From contig JAQBRF010000004.1 of NCBI GenBank assembly GCA_028286645.1, positions 273,536 to 337,535 of the forward strand: DNA of 64,000 nt, written 5' to 3'. Under the pieces are notes generated by a model, which was not told the origin of the DNA, did not search any database, and saw only the letters and a list, made by a program, of their open reading frames with translations. Source of the DNA: Candidatus Nomurabacteria bacterium (GTDB lineage Bacteria > Patescibacteriota > Minisyncoccia > Phycocordibacterales > UBA5272). Made by a program: the position numbers and the translations under genes. Shown in pieces: positions 56,491 to 64,000 of this stretch; the stretch's first letter is position 1, and each line of letters opens with the position of its first letter.

Positions 56491-59358
56491 TCAAATCACT
56501 ATATTTATAAGCCTATTTTGCACGTAAATTACCTTTTCAGGAATCTTATCCCCAACATACTTTTGGTATATTTCGTGTTTTTGGGCTCCTTCTAGGGCCG
56601 TCTTTTCATCAGAATCCCGAGGAATTTCATACGTTCCTCTCATTTTTCCTCCTATCTGGAGAGTTATCGTAACTATTTCTTCCATTAAGAACTTTTCATC
56701 ATACTTCGGCCAATTACTCTTATGAACAGAGGCACTTTCCCCCATCTCCCCCCAAATATATTCCGTGATATGGGGAGCAAAAGGGGCAAGTATCTTAAGA
56801 AGCGAAATATAATCTTCTTTTGTAAAAGAGGCCTTCTCCATTTCATTTACAAGAATCATCATTTGAGATACAGCAGTGTTAAATTTAAAGCTTTCGATAT
56901 CTTCTCCGACTTTCTTTATGGTTTTATGAAGCATCGATTGAACTTCACTTTCTCCCGCTATTTTTCCCTTTAAGGCAAATACTCTGTCTAGAAACTTATC
57001 TGATCCCTTGATGCTCGTAGTGCTCCAAGAGGCTGTTTGATCAAAAGGCGCCATAAACATTTCATAGACCCTGAGAGTGTCTGCTCCATATTCCTTGACC
57101 ACATCATCAGGGTTGATAACATTTCCCCATCTCTTACTCATCTTCCTTCCGTCTTCCGCCAATATAAAACCCAGGAATTCTAATCGTGAAAATGGTTCAA
57201 TTGTAGATACTACGCCAATATCATATAAGAACTTATGCCAGAACCTTGCATATATCAGATGCCTTGTCGCATGATCCCCTCCCACATAAACATCTACAGG
57301 AAGCCATGCTTTTTCAATGCTCTTATCAATAAGCGTATTTGTATTATGCGGATCTGCGAATCTTAAATAATACCAAGATGACCCAGCCCATTGCGGCATG
57401 GTATTTGTTTCTCTCTTAAAAATCTTTCCTTCAGGAGATGACTTGAATTTCCCTTCTTCCGTTATAAATCCCTTTACTTCGACCCATTCTTTTATATCTG
57501 CCAAAGGAGATTCACCGTTACCGGTAGGCTCATAACTTTCGACTTCCGGCAATATAACAGGAAGCTCGCTATCATCTACCATATATACTTTATCTTCTTC
57601 GTCACGGACCACAGGAAATGGTTCTCCCCAGTATCTTTGTCGGGCAAAGACCCAGTCTTCCAGTTTATATTTTTTTACTTTAACCCCCCCTAAATCATTT
57701 ACAATCTTTTCCTTAGCATCACCGCTTTCCATTCCATCATACTGATTTGAATTAACAACTATCCCAGTACCGGTATATGCAAAGTCTTGCTTGAACTTCA
57801 ATCTTTCAAGCCAAAAAGGAAGTTCTGAATTAATCATCTTTCCAGGAACAAAATCTTTTTCATCAATCCAAAGTATTTCATTTCCTTCATCTTCTGCTAT
57901 AGGCACTTGGGTATCTCCTATAAGTTCAAAATAAAGTCCGGTACTAATCGAAATGCGATTTTCATCTTTATGAGCGGCGAAATATCCTGCTTGAACCGGA
58001 TCTCCTAACTTCCTCTTAAATTCAATATCAATATATCCAGTCTCTTCTTTTATCTCTCTCTTTGCAGCTTCTATAAGGTCTTCACCCTCTTCTATTCCCC
58101 CGATCACGACCGTATCCCATCCATGCTTTTGATTTCTTAAAATTAAATACTTCTTATTTTTAGGATCATAAACAATAGCATGCACATTAGTCCTGGTAAC
58201 GGTCTTTTTATCATCTCTTGGAGAATTTACTGTGTCTATAACATAAGGGCGTATCACTTCTTTTATCGGCAAATTATATTTCTTTGCAAATTCAAAATCC
58301 CTCTCATCGTGAGCTGGTACCGCCATAATTGCACCTGTGCCCACCCCTCCTAAAACATAATTAGCTATCCATACAGGAACTTTCTCTCCATTTGCTGGGT
58401 TTTGTGCGTAGATATTTGTAAATATTCCTTTTTTCTCAGGAATAATTGAATAATCTTTTTCGGTTATTTTTCGCTCTTCAAGCAATTCATCTATAAAACT
58501 CTTTACATCCGCATTTGCCTTCCATCCCATATTAAGCCAGCTATTAGCAAGTAGAGGAGATATCGCTACATACGTCACGCCAAATATAGTATCAGAACGC
58601 GTAGTAAATATTTTTACATTATGCTCTCCGTGGTGCTGGCCAGATATCCCTGTAAGATTAAAAGTAAACTCAGCTCCCTCAGATTTGCCTATCCAATTCT
58701 TTTGAGCAAGTTTAATTCCTTCCGGCCAATTAAGCTCATCTAAATCTTTAATTAATCTGTCAGCATAATCTGTGATTTTAAGCACCCACTGGCGAATGGG
58801 CTTTTTCTCTACAGGGGTATGGCATCGTTCACATTCCCCATTTTCCACATCTTCATTTGCCAAACCAGTTTTACATGTCGGGCACCAGTTAATTGGCTCG
58901 TTTGATTCATATGCAAGACCCTTCTCATACATCTTAGTAAAAATCCATTGGGTCCACTTATAAAATTCCGGATCTGTGGTATTTATTTCTCGAGACCAGT
59001 CATAATCTAGTCCAATATTTGCAAGCTGGCTCTTAAAATTGGCTATATTTTTTTCAACAGCAGCGCGCGGATGAACCTTATTTTTTAAAGCAAATTGTTC
59101 TGCTGGAAGTCCGAAAGCGTCCCAGCCCATTGGATGAAGTACATCAAATCCGTTCATCCTTTTAAATCTAGAGTAAATATCTGTTGCTATATAACCCTTA
59201 GGATGGCCTACATGCAAACCTTCGCCAGAGGGATACGGGAACATGTCCAAAATATAGACCTTTTTACTTTCTGGAAATTCTTTTGTTTTGTATATGCCAC
59301 TTTCTTGCCACTTTTTTTCAAGCTCTTTGTCTATCTTCTCGTGATCATAGGATTTCAT
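56491..59358 (-). CDS. leuS: leucyl-tRNA synthetase with inserted NUDIX domain
   Basis: MFPYPSGEGLHVGH, GWDAFGLPAE, GTGAIMAVPAHDERD, RQRYWGEP, KMSKR; Nudix box GGIEEGEDLIEAAKREIKEETG. Confidence 0.97.
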   Translation of the reverse strand: MKSYDHEKIDKELEKKWQESGIYKTKEFPESKKVYILDMFPYPSGEGLHVGHPKGYIATDIYSRFKRMNGFDVLHPMGWDAFGLPAEQFALKNKVHPRAAVEKNIANFKSQLANIGLDYDWSREINTTDPEFYKWTQWIFTKMYEKGLAYESNEPINWCPTCKTGLANEDVENGECERCHTPVEKKPIRQWVLKITDYADRLIKDLDELNWPEGIKLAQKNWIGKSEGAEFTFNLTGISGQHHGEHNVKIFTTRSDTIFGVTYVAISPLLANSWLNMGWKANADVKSFIDELLEERKITEKDYSIIPEKKGIFTNIYAQNPANGEKVPVWIANYVLGGVGTGAIMAVPAHDERDFEFAKKYNLPIKEVIRPYVIDTVNSPRDDKKTVTRTNVHAIVYDPKNKKYLILRNQKHGWDTVVIGGIEEGEDLIEAAKREIKEETGYIDIEFKRKLGDPVQAGYFAAHKDENRISISTGLYFELIGDTQVPIAEDEGNEILWIDEKDFVPGKMINSELPFWLERLKFKQDFAYTGTGIVVNSNQYDGMESGDAKEKIVNDLGGVKVKKYKLEDWVFARQRYWGEPFPVVRDEEDKVYMVDDSELPVILPEVESYEPTGNGESPLADIKEWVEVKGFITEEGKFKSSPEGKIFKRETNTMPQWAGSSWYYLRFADPHNTNTLIDKSIEKAWLPVDVYVGGDHATRHLIYARFWHKFLYDIGVVSTIEPFSRLEFLGFILAEDGRKMSKRWGNVINPDDVVKEYGADTLRVYEMFMAPFDQTASWSTTSIKGSDKFLDRVFALKGKIAGESEVQSMLHKTIKKVGEDIESFKFNTAVSQMMILVNEMEKASFTKEDYISLLKILAPFAPHITEYIWGEMGESASVHKSNWPKYDEKFLMEEIVTITLQIGGKMRGTYEIPRDSDEKTALEGAQKHEIYQKYVGDKIPEKVIYVQNRLINIVI

Positions 59359-59435
59359 ATTACTATACTAACAAATGCCAATCATAAACAAAAGCACCTA
59401 TTATGTATGAGTGCTTTTATTTATGAATTTTAAAC

Positions 59436-60560
59436 TTATCTTACGCCGGAATACATCGATGCATCAATAATTCTCTTGAAACATGTTTCTCCTGTGCCGT
59501 GATTCCAAAAGGGTGATTGGTCCCCTTCGTAATAATAATTTGACACCGAGTAGAAACTGTCTGTTGCTACGCTCTTTGCCAGAGGCACATTCATACCTCT
59601 GTTGTCATACTCACGAACAGTATCAAATGTGGCGCATATTTCGAAGATGGCTGGAGTTACAAGTTCTTTCTTATTTAATGTGTAATTCATTTTTATTACT
59701 GGCTGCTGAATCACTTTATATGTATAAGATTCCTTTGTAACAGGATCTGCGGGTACTGTGTAGCCGGCAAATGAGTTATTAAGATCATCTGTTGTTTGGG
59801 GAAGTTTTTCTGTCGTCTGGAAACGAGTATAAACTTCTTGCTGAATACGCGATAAATCCGAGAGACGAGTATTGTCTAACTTCTTTGCTCTCATTTCTGC
59901 TGGAGAGCCAATTGTTATAACACTCCACGCCACAGCCCATATTACAAGAATCGTAGCGATTATAGTGGAAATAACCGGAGCAACGGTCTTAACAGCATAA
60001 TCTCTCCTTAGAGAGTAGAAATAGTAGGCAAATACAGCTAGAGCCACTACAAATACCGCGAGAGCCTTGTATCCGAAACGCACAGATAGCTCGCCTCCTA
60101 AATACGTATAAATTATAGAAACAAGCGTCCCTATTAAAGTACATATGGTAATAAACAGCGCTGCATAAATCATAAGTCTTCGCACTGGTAAATCTCTTTT
60201 ATATATAAATTTATTTATATCGCGCGCAACAAACCATGAAAGAAGCAGGTAAACGGGATACATAACGACAAGAGATGCAATGGCAAGTCTTATATCGCTA
60301 TTATAAATATCCGCATACTGATACCCTGAAATAATATCCGGGAATCTTTTATCAATTGCCGCAAATATCATTTGTAAAAGATTCGTCACACTGACTACTA
60401 AGGTTATAACTATTCCTAAATAAACAAATACATCAAGTGCTTTTGTTTTGGTTTCATTCATGTGATTACTTTTACTTATAAGAGAATAAACTAAATATAA
60501 ACCCCCAAATATAACTATTAAAATGATAAGGCCGACTATTGCCAAGATTGTTGCTATCAT
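59436..60560 (-). CDS. membrane protein (DUF5671-like) with pilin-like C-terminal region
   Basis: Multiple TMs; IGSPAEMRAKKLDNTRLSDL, DPVTKESYTY, FEICATF. Confidence 0.6.
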   Translation of the reverse strand: MIATILAIVGLIILIVIFGGLYLVYSLISKSNHMNETKTKALDVFVYLGIVITLVVSVTNLLQMIFAAIDKRFPDIISGYQYADIYNSDIRLAIASLVVMYPVYLLLSWFVARDINKFIYKRDLPVRRLMIYAALFITICTLIGTLVSIIYTYLGGELSVRFGYKALAVFVVALAVFAYYFYSLRRDYAVKTVAPVISTIIATILVIWAVAWSVITIGSPAEMRAKKLDNTRLSDLSRIQQEVYTRFQTTEKLPQTTDDLNNSFAGYTVPADPVTKESYTYKVIQQPVIKMNYTLNKKELVTPAIFEICATFDTVREYDNRGMNVPLAKSVATDSFYSVSNYYYEGDQSPFWNHGTGETCFKRIIDASMYSGVR

Positions 60561-60598
60561 CCGGCCATTCTAACACTTTATATGTTATAGTAAAATTT

Positions 60599-61057
60599 AT
60601 GAAAGATCCCCGGGAAAATGACCTTGAAAATATAGCCCTTTCCATAACTCGGGCGGTTGGATCAGTCGCCTCAGTTATAGTTCATACCCTTCTTTTTATA
60701 GGGGCATTTGTTTTGGTTTTTTTAGGAGTTAATTTCGATCGCGTTCTTCTGGTTCTTACAACAATAGTGTCGCTCGAAGCTATTTACCTTTCTATCTTTA
60801 TCCAGATCAGTGTAAATCATCAGGCAAAAGCTCTCGCCAGCGTTGAAAAAGATGTTGAAGATATTGCGGAGGGAGTTGAAGAAATAGCAGAAGATGTAGA
60901 AGAAATTCAGGAAGACGTTGAGGGTATTCAAGAAGATATGGAAGACATTCAAGAAAATGTCGAAGAAATTCAAGAAAACGTGGAAGACCTGCAGGAAGCC
61001 GACGAATTATTAGAGAATGATTCTGAATCGGACTTTCTAAAAAAGGTAAACAGCTAA
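60599..61057 (+). CDS. DUF1003-like membrane protein with acidic heptad-repeat tail
   Basis: LTTIVSLEAIYLSIFIQISVN, then about 7 (V/M)E(E/D)I(Q/A)E(D/N) repeats. Confidence 0.75.
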   Translation: MKDPRENDLENIALSITRAVGSVASVIVHTLLFIGAFVLVFLGVNFDRVLLVLTTIVSLEAIYLSIFIQISVNHQAKALASVEKDVEDIAEGVEEIAEDVEEIQEDVEGIQEDMEDIQENVEEIQENVEDLQEADELLENDSESDFLKKVNS

Positions 61058-61059
61058 AA

Positions 61060-61398
61060 TTATTCAAATACATGCAATACCCAGTTTATTATTGAGAGCA
61101 CTATTGAAAACCAAATTGCCATAAGTAAAGATGGGATATGAAATCCTGGAACGATAGAGCTGGCGAGAAGGACCATTAATCCATTTATTACAAAAGAAAA
61201 CAGCCCGAGAGTAAGAATGGTGATCGGAAGAGAAACAATGTGAAGTACTGGCTTAAGAGTATGGTTAACCACGGCGAGAACTATTGCTACCAATAATGCA
61301 GTAAGCCCCGTGCTCCATGCTAAAACAATCGGAACCCCAACTTTGGTGATATAGCTGGCTATTAAAACTGCGGCTGTTCTGATTAGAATGTAAATCAT
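61060..61398 (-). CDS. YvlD/phage holin family 4-like membrane protein
   Basis: VNHTLKPVLHIVSLPITILTLGLFSFVING. Confidence 0.85.
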   Translation of the reverse strand: MIYILIRTAAVLIASYITKVGVPIVLAWSTGLTALLVAIVLAVVNHTLKPVLHIVSLPITILTLGLFSFVINGLMVLLASSIVPGFHIPSLLMAIWFSIVLSIINWVLHVFE

Positions 61399-61515
61399 GG
61401 AATTAGATTTTAGATTATAGATGATGCAGGACTCTCTAATTATCCAACATCTACAGGTTAATGTCTAATGGCTTATGTATTTTTTTGGATTTATCTAAAA
61501 TCTACAATCTAATAT

Positions 61516-61770
61516 TTAGTTTATGGCCCCCTCTGACTTCAAAAGGGTAAGTTTAGCTTTGCTTCCTCCCCTATTATAATTCCCAATTTTTCCATCACTT
61601 CTTATAACTCTGTGGCATGGAATATTTAAATCAAAATTTTTGCTCATTAAATTTCCCACCGCTCGCGATGCACCTGGATGGCCGGCTTTTGTAGCGACCT
61701 CTTTATAAGTCATCGTCTTTCCTTTAGGAATAGTCGCTACGATTTTATTTATTTTGTCTCGGAAATTCAT
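61516..61770 (-). CDS. MGMT/Ogt-family alkylated-DNA repair protein
   Basis: IPKGKTMTYKEVA, SRAVG, IPCHRVI. Confidence 0.9.
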   Translation of the reverse strand: MNFRDKINKIVATIPKGKTMTYKEVATKAGHPGASRAVGNLMSKNFDLNIPCHRVIRSDGKIGNYNRGGSKAKLTLLKSEGAIN

Positions 61771-61788
61771 AATGGATAGTTATAGATT

Positions 61789-62178
61789 TTATTTTGTAGA
61801 TGTTAGTAATGCCTGTACTTCTTTTAATTCTTCTTCTGTTGCTGGAGTTTGATTCCTTTCATCAATTTGATAAGGCCCGGTAGTCGGAACTAAATGTATA
61901 TGTGCATGTGGAACTAAATAACCATCAACTATAACCCCGATTCTTGCAGAATTTAATTTTTTCTTTAAAAGTTGGGAGATGTCTTTACAAGCGCTCATTA
62001 GATTGAGATATACATCCTCCGGCAGATCAAATAAATCATCAACTTCTATTTTCGGCACTACCAATGTATGCCCTCTTTGTATTGGGTTAATATCTAAAAA
62101 AGCACAAACATCCTCATCTTCGTATATTTTATATCCCGGGATTTCTTCATTTATAATTTTAGTGAAAATCGTACTCAT
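61789..62178 (-). CDS. HIT family hydrolase
   Basis: IFTKII, AFLDINP, GHTLVVPK, VPHAHIHLVP. Confidence 0.93.
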   Translation of the reverse strand: MSTIFTKIINEEIPGYKIYEDEDVCAFLDINPIQRGHTLVVPKIEVDDLFDLPEDVYLNLMSACKDISQLLKKKLNSARIGVIVDGYLVPHAHIHLVPTTGPYQIDERNQTPATEEELKEVQALLTSTK

Positions 62179-62190
62179 GTTTTTAGTTTA

Positions 62191-62568
62191 CTATTTATTT
62201 TCTTCAAAATCCAAACACACTGAATTCATGCAATATCGCTTGCCTGTCTCAGTTGGTCCGTCATCAAAAACATGGCCTAAGTGGGAATGGCATAGAGCGC
62301 ACCTAGCTTCTGTTCTCTTCATTCCCAATTTAGTATCGTCTACATACTCAATAGCTCCGGGAAGCGCTATATCAAATGAAGGCCACCCAGTTCCAGAATC
62401 AAATTTCGTGTCAGATGAGAATAGCGGAGTTCCACATACTTTACATAAAAACCTACCCTCTCTTTTTTCATTTAGAAGCGCTCCTGTAAAAGGTGTTTCT
62501 GTTCCGCCTTCAAGCAAAACTTTCTTTTCTTCATCTGATAATTGTTTTTTTCTTTCTTCTATATCCAT
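62191..62568 (-). CDS. msrB: peptide methionine sulfoxide reductase B
   Basis: KFDSGTGWPSF, HLGHVFDDGP, RYCMNS. Confidence 0.96.
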   Translation of the reverse strand: MDIEERKKQLSDEEKKVLLEGGTETPFTGALLNEKREGRFLCKVCGTPLFSSDTKFDSGTGWPSFDIALPGAIEYVDDTKLGMKRTEARCALCHSHLGHVFDDGPTETGKRYCMNSVCLDFEENK

Positions 62569-62627
62569 TAAAACAGTTTACAGGTTGTAGTTACAAGTTT
62601 CCAGTAAGGAATTATTGGAGAAATAAG

Positions 62628-63173
62628 CTAAATTAACTTTCTAACTTGCGCGATGCGCTCTTCTCGTGAACCTGAAATAACTTTAATAGTTATATTATTT
62701 TTCCGTGCCAGATCGAATAATACTTTTAAAAAATTATTATTTACATTGTCTATATATGATTTATCTAAATCTCTCGTGCCTTTATTAACCAAAGGTACAG
62801 ATAGAGCTGTTGGGATAAATAAATACATGTCTACTGTTTGTAGTGTATCTTTCAGGAAGGTTTCTGTCTCATCCACGAACCACTTTGGAATATTACCCGC
62901 TTCGTACTGCACATACGTATAAACATAATTATCTACCATACATCTATCAAATATTACGTTATGCTCGGTATTTTGCCGCATTTGCTCAAAAAGGTAATCC
63001 CTTATTTCTTTCTGGGTCTCAAGGGTAGTAAGTTGATTTATATTTAAACCTTTCTCTTTTACAATATCTCTGTGTGTTTTTTCAGGAGTCTGATAGTTTG
63101 GAAATTCCTTTAAAAAATCTTCAATGAATGAAGTTTTCCCTGTGTTCTGTGGTCCTGTTACCGCTATTCTCAT
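62628..63173 (-). CDS. P-loop kinase (AAA_28/NadR-like)
   Basis: MRIAVTGPQNTGKTS, IFDRCMVDNYVY; TATACT 6 nt upstream. Confidence 0.75.
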   Translation of the reverse strand: MRIAVTGPQNTGKTSFIEDFLKEFPNYQTPEKTHRDIVKEKGLNINQLTTLETQKEIRDYLFEQMRQNTEHNVIFDRCMVDNYVYTYVQYEAGNIPKWFVDETETFLKDTLQTVDMYLFIPTALSVPLVNKGTRDLDKSYIDNVNNNFLKVLFDLARKNNITIKVISGSREERIAQVRKLI

Positions 63174-63201
63174 ACACTCAAGTATAACAGGAAGAAAATT
63201 C

Positions 63202-63789
63202 TTATTCCTTCCAATTAATTTTCTTTTCTTCACGTATTTGGCAGGTTCTGTTCACGAAAGAATCGCGACCGCTTCCTACCCTATACGCATTATAGTGTGT
63301 TGGATTATTTTCTGCATAATTCTGATGATATTCCTCCGCTTTATAAAATTCTTTTCTAGGAAGAATTTCTATAACGGCCGGCTTATCATAAACTTTCGAA
63401 TAATCTAATTCTTGGATTACATTTTCTGCGATGCGTTTTTCTTCTTCACTTTCATAAAAGATTGCAGTTTTATAACTTTCACCACGATCTGCAAACTGAC
63501 CTCCATCATCTATGGGATCAATGTGGTCTATAAAAAATTGCAGAAGCTTTTTATAGCTTGTGACTCCTCCTTTTACATTCGGACTGCTGTCCTCAGCATC
63601 TCCTCGGCCTCCCTCGTCGACATATTCCACCAAAACTACCTCTCGGTGGCCTTTGTGATTTTCATAAGTAGGCGTTGTGGTATCTCCGCCAGAATATCCA
63701 GAAATAACTGACATCACACCTATAGCCTCCTTTAAATCATGTTCAACACACCAGAAGCATCCCCCTCCTAAAATTAGAGATTTTATCAT
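63202..63789 (-). CDS. msrA: peptide methionine sulfoxide reductase A
   Basis: GGGCFWC, SGYSGG, GQFADRGESY, FYKAEEYHQNY. Confidence 0.95.
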   Translation of the reverse strand: MIKSLILGGGCFWCVEHDLKEAIGVMSVISGYSGGDTTTPTYENHKGHREVVLVEYVDEGGRGDAEDSSPNVKGGVTSYKKLLQFFIDHIDPIDDGGQFADRGESYKTAIFYESEEEKRIAENVIQELDYSKVYDKPAVIEILPRKEFYKAEEYHQNYAENNPTHYNAYRVGSGRDSFVNRTCQIREEKKINWKE

Positions 63790-63850
63790 ACATAAATCAT
63801 AGCATAATGCCTTAACATAGACCCCTTTTTATGATAACATATTGCTACTT

Positions 63851-63933
63851 GCGTAGGTGGTGGAGTGGTCAATCACAACAGACTGTAAATCTGTCGCCTT
63901 CGGGCTTCGCTGGTTCAAATCCAGCCCTACGCA
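63851..63933 (+). tRNA. tRNA-Tyr(GTA)
   Basis: GCGTAGG/CCTACGC acceptor stem, ACAGA-CTGTAAA-TCTGT anticodon arm, variable arm GCC-TTCG-GGC, T loop GGTTCAAATCC. Confidence 0.95.
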
Positions 63934-64000
63934 CATGAAATTAAAAGAACCACTTGGGTCCTTTTAATTTGTTATTAATTCTTTTCTACTGGTTCACTGG

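Noticed and set aside
61060-61398. Prophage suggested by a 'phage holin' family gene
   Set aside because: YvlD-type membrane proteins are common chromosomal genes; no endolysin, structural or terminase genes are nearby.
61979-62590. Long antisense or shadow ORFs in the track (e.g. 61979..62590+, 29493..29996+, 8622..9053+, 13789..14211-, 36966..37373-)
   Set aside because: They overlap better-supported genes on the opposite strand and lack start signals or recognisable motifs.
1-64000. Alternative genetic code (UGA = Gly, as in Gracilibacteria/Absconditabacteria)
   Set aside because: Genes translate full length in code 11, leuS ends in TGA, and RF2 is present.

Overview
AT-rich bacterial chromosome segment in genetic code 11, with most genes on the minus strand. 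Gene content and style point to a Patescibacteria/CPR (Parcubacteria-like) genome; this is an inference. The indicators are a short RF2, a short hinge-less SMC-like protein, a standalone SWIB protein, a NUDIX insertion in LeuRS, and housekeeping genes whose -10 box sits a few nt from the ATG. Core genes include pyrG, ftsEX, prfB, rarA, trmD, khpA, rpsP, rnr, mnmA, mltG, leuS and msrAB, plus four tRNAs (Gln-CTG, Thr-CGT, Thr-GGT, Tyr-GTA). The main hunt result is the region from about 11.4 to 24.0 kb (possibly from 7.1 kb), directly downstream of tRNA-Gln. It looks like an integrase-less, integron-like array of self-promoted cassettes, mostly single genes. Cassettes are separated by a degenerate ~28-bp motif, (tt)gctgggg-NNN-TGGRAN-GATGTTGGAAC, whose left end matches the tRNA-Gln 3' end. 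The array contains a stranded relic of the tRNA 3' trailer, a duplicated cassette, and a PHP-ATPase plus HEPN-like putative defence pair. Other signals are a fold-back element built from tRNA 3'-end copies at two different tRNAs, about 12 dispersed GC-rich ORFan units with their own promoter, SD and terminator, and a candidate ~105-nt sRNA. All protein family calls come from motif recognition by eye, not from database searches.
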